A stretch of 53,405 bases of DNA from Nemertoderma westbladi (taxonomy: Eukaryota; Animalia; Xenacoelomorpha). Made by a program: the position numbers and the translations under genes. Every line of letters begins with the position of its first letter. Positions within the stretch are counted from its first letter, which is position 1. The stretch spans positions 1-53,405 of the forward strand of contig JAUCBJ010001362.1 of NCBI GenBank assembly GCA_032718475.1, written 5' to 3'. A model generated the notes under the pieces. The model saw only the letters and a program-made list of their open reading frames with translations. It was not told where the DNA came from and ran no database searches. This document shows positions 49,611-53,405 of the stretch, one piece after another.

Positions 49611-49677
49611 ATTTAATTAATAAGACTCATATTAATAGTCAATAATTGACTTTTAATATGAGTCTTATTAATTAAAT
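49611..49677. repeat. 67-bp near-perfect AT-rich palindrome
   Basis: 25-bp perfect arms ATTTAATTAATAAGACTCATATTAA, one T/T mismatch, then AGTCAAT-A-ATTGACT. Confidence 0.95.
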
Positions 49678-52600
49678 AAAAATAATTATTATTAATTATT
49701 GTTCAAGTTATTATTTGGTATCATTCGCAATATGAAACAGAAAAGATTCTGAATTCTGAAATAAACTTTTTCTTCAGCCTGACTGTCGGATTTTACCAAA
49801 ACAAGAAAAACGTATATTGAGTACTTACCTTGTTTTGGCTTTGCATTAATTTCATATACAACCTTTTGCTTCTGTATCATTTACATTTTTTTGGGGGTGG
49901 ATGCAGGACTAAAAAAACGTATATATAAAATCGTTTCCTGTACCGTCATTTTAATTGTTTTTAGTCTTTTAAGCTATGTAACTTGTTTTCTTATAACCTA
50001 CTATCAATATAACATTACCAGACCGTTTTTAATATTTATAGTTTTCGCTCAGGAAAAGATTGAAAAAATGAGTTACAAAAACGCAATTTACTCTAAAACT
50101 TACTTTTGTTAGATACAATGTTTTGACTTTGGACGGCAGATTTGTTCTTCTACCTTGTATAGCTGTTTGTTGGTACCAATGGAAAGATGGCCTTGCAAGG
50201 ATTCCAAATATGTAACACAATTTGAATTTCGTTGAAAAATAGCTGAGATATTAGCGTTCAAATGTTGCATTGTTTTGCACCGGCGTGAGGCTATTTTATT
50301 CTATTTAATAAATAAACCACATTCTGGGATATTTTTCAAATGTATGAATAGCTACATAATAGTATGATTAAAGGGTCAGTAATGGTTGACCGATGCGCCT
50401 GTAAATAGCCTCTCGTCAACAAGTCAACCCCACCGACTAGCGGTACTGGCTGTTTTTGCTGACGGGGCTCTGTCGAACAACGCGTCCCTGATAGCAGTAG
50501 AGGGGGTCTCTTTATTGAGAGGCAGTATTATTATTGCCGCGGAACTGCCCCAACTCATCACCTCTCCCACTCTCGCTCTCCGACGAAAATGAACATAAAA
50601 TCAACATCAAAATCAACAATCAACCACACCGCGACACCCACCCACACCTACGATCTGAAAGATTGTACCCAATACAAAAAAAAACAGGATAAGTTGAATC
50701 ATACAACTAAAGCGGTAAGCTTGCAAGACGAATGCATGATTTACTGAGAATATCAGTCATAATCTCACTTAATGGAATACTGTACATATTGTTCAAAACT
50801 TTTACTAAATTAATTGCAATGCTCACCTATCATTTCGCGAGTGTCAATACATACTCTTACATACTCATGCATGTTAAAAATTAAGGTATAATTGGTACTG
50901 TACAAATCTGACAAATACTGGGATTGTAATTCAACTAGCATGATATAAACTAACGAACAAATTGGCAATTAATATGGCTGATATTTACTTCTTTTTCATG
51001 TATATTTTTCAGAAATATTTCAATTGCATTAATTTACATATTTCCAGGCCCTTTCATCCCATTTTACCAAATTTTTTACTTTCAGGGATTTTAATTTCCA
51101 TGCGGTATAGGGTTCCGCAACTTTTAGTGGCAACACTAGAGACATCTAACCCAGGGTAGGGTATTCCTTAAATACCCCCTGTAGGTGTTGGGCTGGGCTC
51201 CCATGGGTAAGATACAGCTAGCGCACTACCCAACTAACAAATTTCCAACTAAATCTTCCACTTTTTTTCTCTAAAACGCTCAAACTACCGTTGTTAGCTT
51301 ATTCAATTCCGCTAACCCAAACCCATAAAGTAAGTCGATAAGCAATATTGGGGGCCACGAGATTGGGTAATAACCAACTCGTGTCACCCCAACAAAGTGG
51401 GAGGGAAAAGCACACAATGAGGGTCAGGGGCCAAACCCCTAACAGAGAGAGAACAGGTGGAGTGAAGGGAAACACTCCAGAAGGCGCCAACAGGGGCATA
51501 AACCAATCAGAGGGGGGAAAGGCACCGAGTGAGTACAGCAATAAGGCCACCCGTGCAATATAACCAGTTACCCAATAATCAGTCATTCAGTTATCTCAGT
51601 GTCATATTGGTGCTAGCTAGGTTAGTAAGTTTAGTTAGGGAAGTGTCGGGGACTTTAATTACCGTTAACCCGCCTTCCGTGTACAGCAATCTATACCTAT
51701 TGTTCGCGCTTTCAGACCTTTGGCAGTTTAATCCGCCAAATTAAGATGTCTTCTAGATATTAAATCGCTTTTTAGCCTATGACAAGTATTTGATTCACTA
51801 CACTAGTCGAAACCAATCTGTGCGCGATCATTCACCCGCTGGATATTCCCGGGAGATTGGGTTCGACGGTTTAATTTTATTGCTATGTAAGCCTAATGTA
51901 TTATTCGACTGACAGTATTATATAATCTCTGACAATATTATTCACCTTAGGGAATATTAACAGTTCCTTTAGGACGTGGCGCTTTATTTATATAAACAGA
52001 GTTATGACTTAAACTACTCACAACGATATGGCTTAATTATAATTCACATATATGGCGCATTCTTTAGGAATTGCTTCTTTAACAGACTCACTCATACACA
52101 ATGCTGCACAATACTGCACACTAATCTGCCAATCTTCACTGATTTTAGTCACATATAAAAGGAACACAGACTGACTCATGTAGGGTCTATCAAATAACAT
52201 TAGATTCACTTCAAACCACTTTAACATAAGTCACAATCGTTATTGGTAACCTTTCTCTCTTACCTTCGGTATATCAAGAATATTGGGTTTTCGGGGTTAT
52301 TTCTCGTTATTCCAATATAATAATTCATCAACAAATATAATGAATAACCGACAACAAATAGCAGTATACAGTATCGATTGAGCAGGTAATTTTAGCAGTT
52401 TCAGCAGTTATACGTCAGTTATTAAAAGCCGTGTGTGCCGTGTGTCAGCAGTTAAAGGATATATGTCCTTATAATAAAACCTACTAGTGTTAAGCTAAAA
52501 AGCAGAAAGCACAAAACACTACAAAGCCGTTCTTTCGTGGCTTTGAAAAACTCGTGACTACTACTCTATACGAGGATACCAACTACCCTTATTCCACGAA

Positions 52601-52981
52601 GCTCCCGTTCAACACAGAGAAAGAGCAGTGAGATAGGAAAATTTCAGTTCAGTAGCTCTGTGATAGGTCAAAATCAAGGCTAACTCAAATTCTATTGGGA
52701 GATACAAAAACAAGGCTATGACGCAACCTTCCTAGGCTGGTTGGCCGATTAAACAGAGCCCAGATACCTGCGTACAGCAAATCAGCCAATAAGCTGGTAG
52801 CTTGCACTATTTTAGCTATAGATCCCCTTTAGAGTATTCTAGCGACCGGGGGGGAACTGGCCAACAAGGCAAACGAATCAGTTATCCCACAAAAGCTTTT
52901 ACACCGCTCCCAGAAAATGGGATTTAAGTCTATAAAATATACAAAATAACAGTTTCTAAAATATAAAAATACTCTAAACAG

Positions 52982-53405
52982 TTAGTCTTTCTTGCGCGGA
53001 CGGCGTTTACGCAGTTTTTTAAAGCTAGCAAGAGTCATTTTCTCTTTGGGGCGAGCCACTTTACGAGGAGGGCTGTAGCTCCTAGGCGAAGGGTGCAATA
53101 TAATTGCATCAGAAGGTGCAGGGTTACGATCGGTATACCCGCCGGTCGAAGTACCTGGTTGATTAATATCAACCTCAGTGGAGTGAGGTCTAACGGCCTT
53201 TAGAGCGCGTCTCAGGACAGCAGCTCCTACGGGTCCTTGACGGGTCGTCTGGACACTAGCGGTGGGTGGACCGTGAGTAGTGAGGAACTTTCTCGGTTTA
53301 ATGGTTCTCTCCAGCTCGCGTTCTCGGGTTCGATATTCATATGGTCGCCGAGATATTTCCTGTAGTTCAGGATGCGAGTTCACAAAGATGTCGCCATACT
53401 CCGGG
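52982..53405 (-). CDS. 3' end of an ORF entering from beyond the window; basic, low-complexity C-terminus; unknown product
   Basis: Frame is open to the window edge (PEYGDIFVNSHPELQ...), GC is higher than flanks, and it ends KKLRKRRPRKKD (NLS-like). Could be TE-derived. Confidence 0.4.
   Translation of the reverse strand, partial: PEYGDIFVNSHPELQEISRRPYEYRTRERELERTIKPRKFLTTHGPPTASVQTTRQGPVGAAVLRRALKAVRPHSTEVDINQPGTSTGGYTDRNPAPSDAIILHPSPRSYSPPRKVARPKEKMTLASFKKLRKRRPRKKD

Larger units (their letters stand above)
48347..50139. mobile_element. Non-autonomous TIR DNA transposon, Sola1-like (4-bp ATTT TSD)
   Basis: 21-bp perfect TIR CTGCCGTCCAAAGTCAAAACA, extending imperfectly to ~34 bp. ATTT at 48343-48346 and 50140-50143. 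An AWWT 4-bp target is the described Sola1 preference. Confidence 0.75.

Noticed and set aside
51299-51586. Hydrophobic 95-aa minus-strand ORF with a nearby TGGCGCC PBS-like word
   Set aside because: No adjacent LTR pair or recognisable domain within the window.

Overview
AT-rich, repeat-dominated animal (probably bilaterian invertebrate) genomic DNA with no prokaryotic gene structure. The centre is a C-rich 70-73 bp satellite array (~24925-44520). It carries a full-length but mutated BEL/Pao LTR retrotransposon (30975-41609, CATCC target-site duplication) and a solo LTR of the same family (28312-29105). The element has no tRNA primer-binding site. Instead, the 11 nt at the PBS position are exactly complementary to an 11-mer inside its own LTR, the layout of Tf1-type self-primed reverse transcription; this is the strongest candidate for a new system here. 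The only convincing host gene is a single-ORF secreted, probably GPI-anchored, 10-Cys Ly6/uPAR-like protein (7046-7795, minus). The rest is Helentron/HINE-like elements with arrays of CTCF-like motifs, RTE and CR1/L2 LINE fragments, TIR DNA elements (one Sola1-like element carrying a Tudor-like ORF, one with a 5-bp TSD), foldbacks, palindromes and minisatellites. TA-flanked micro-insertions (TAGGCCTA, TACCGGTA, TACTGTA) that look like DNA-transposon excision footprints are common and cluster in frame-preserving form in the retrotransposon gag linker. All family assignments are by eye from motifs; no database search was run.
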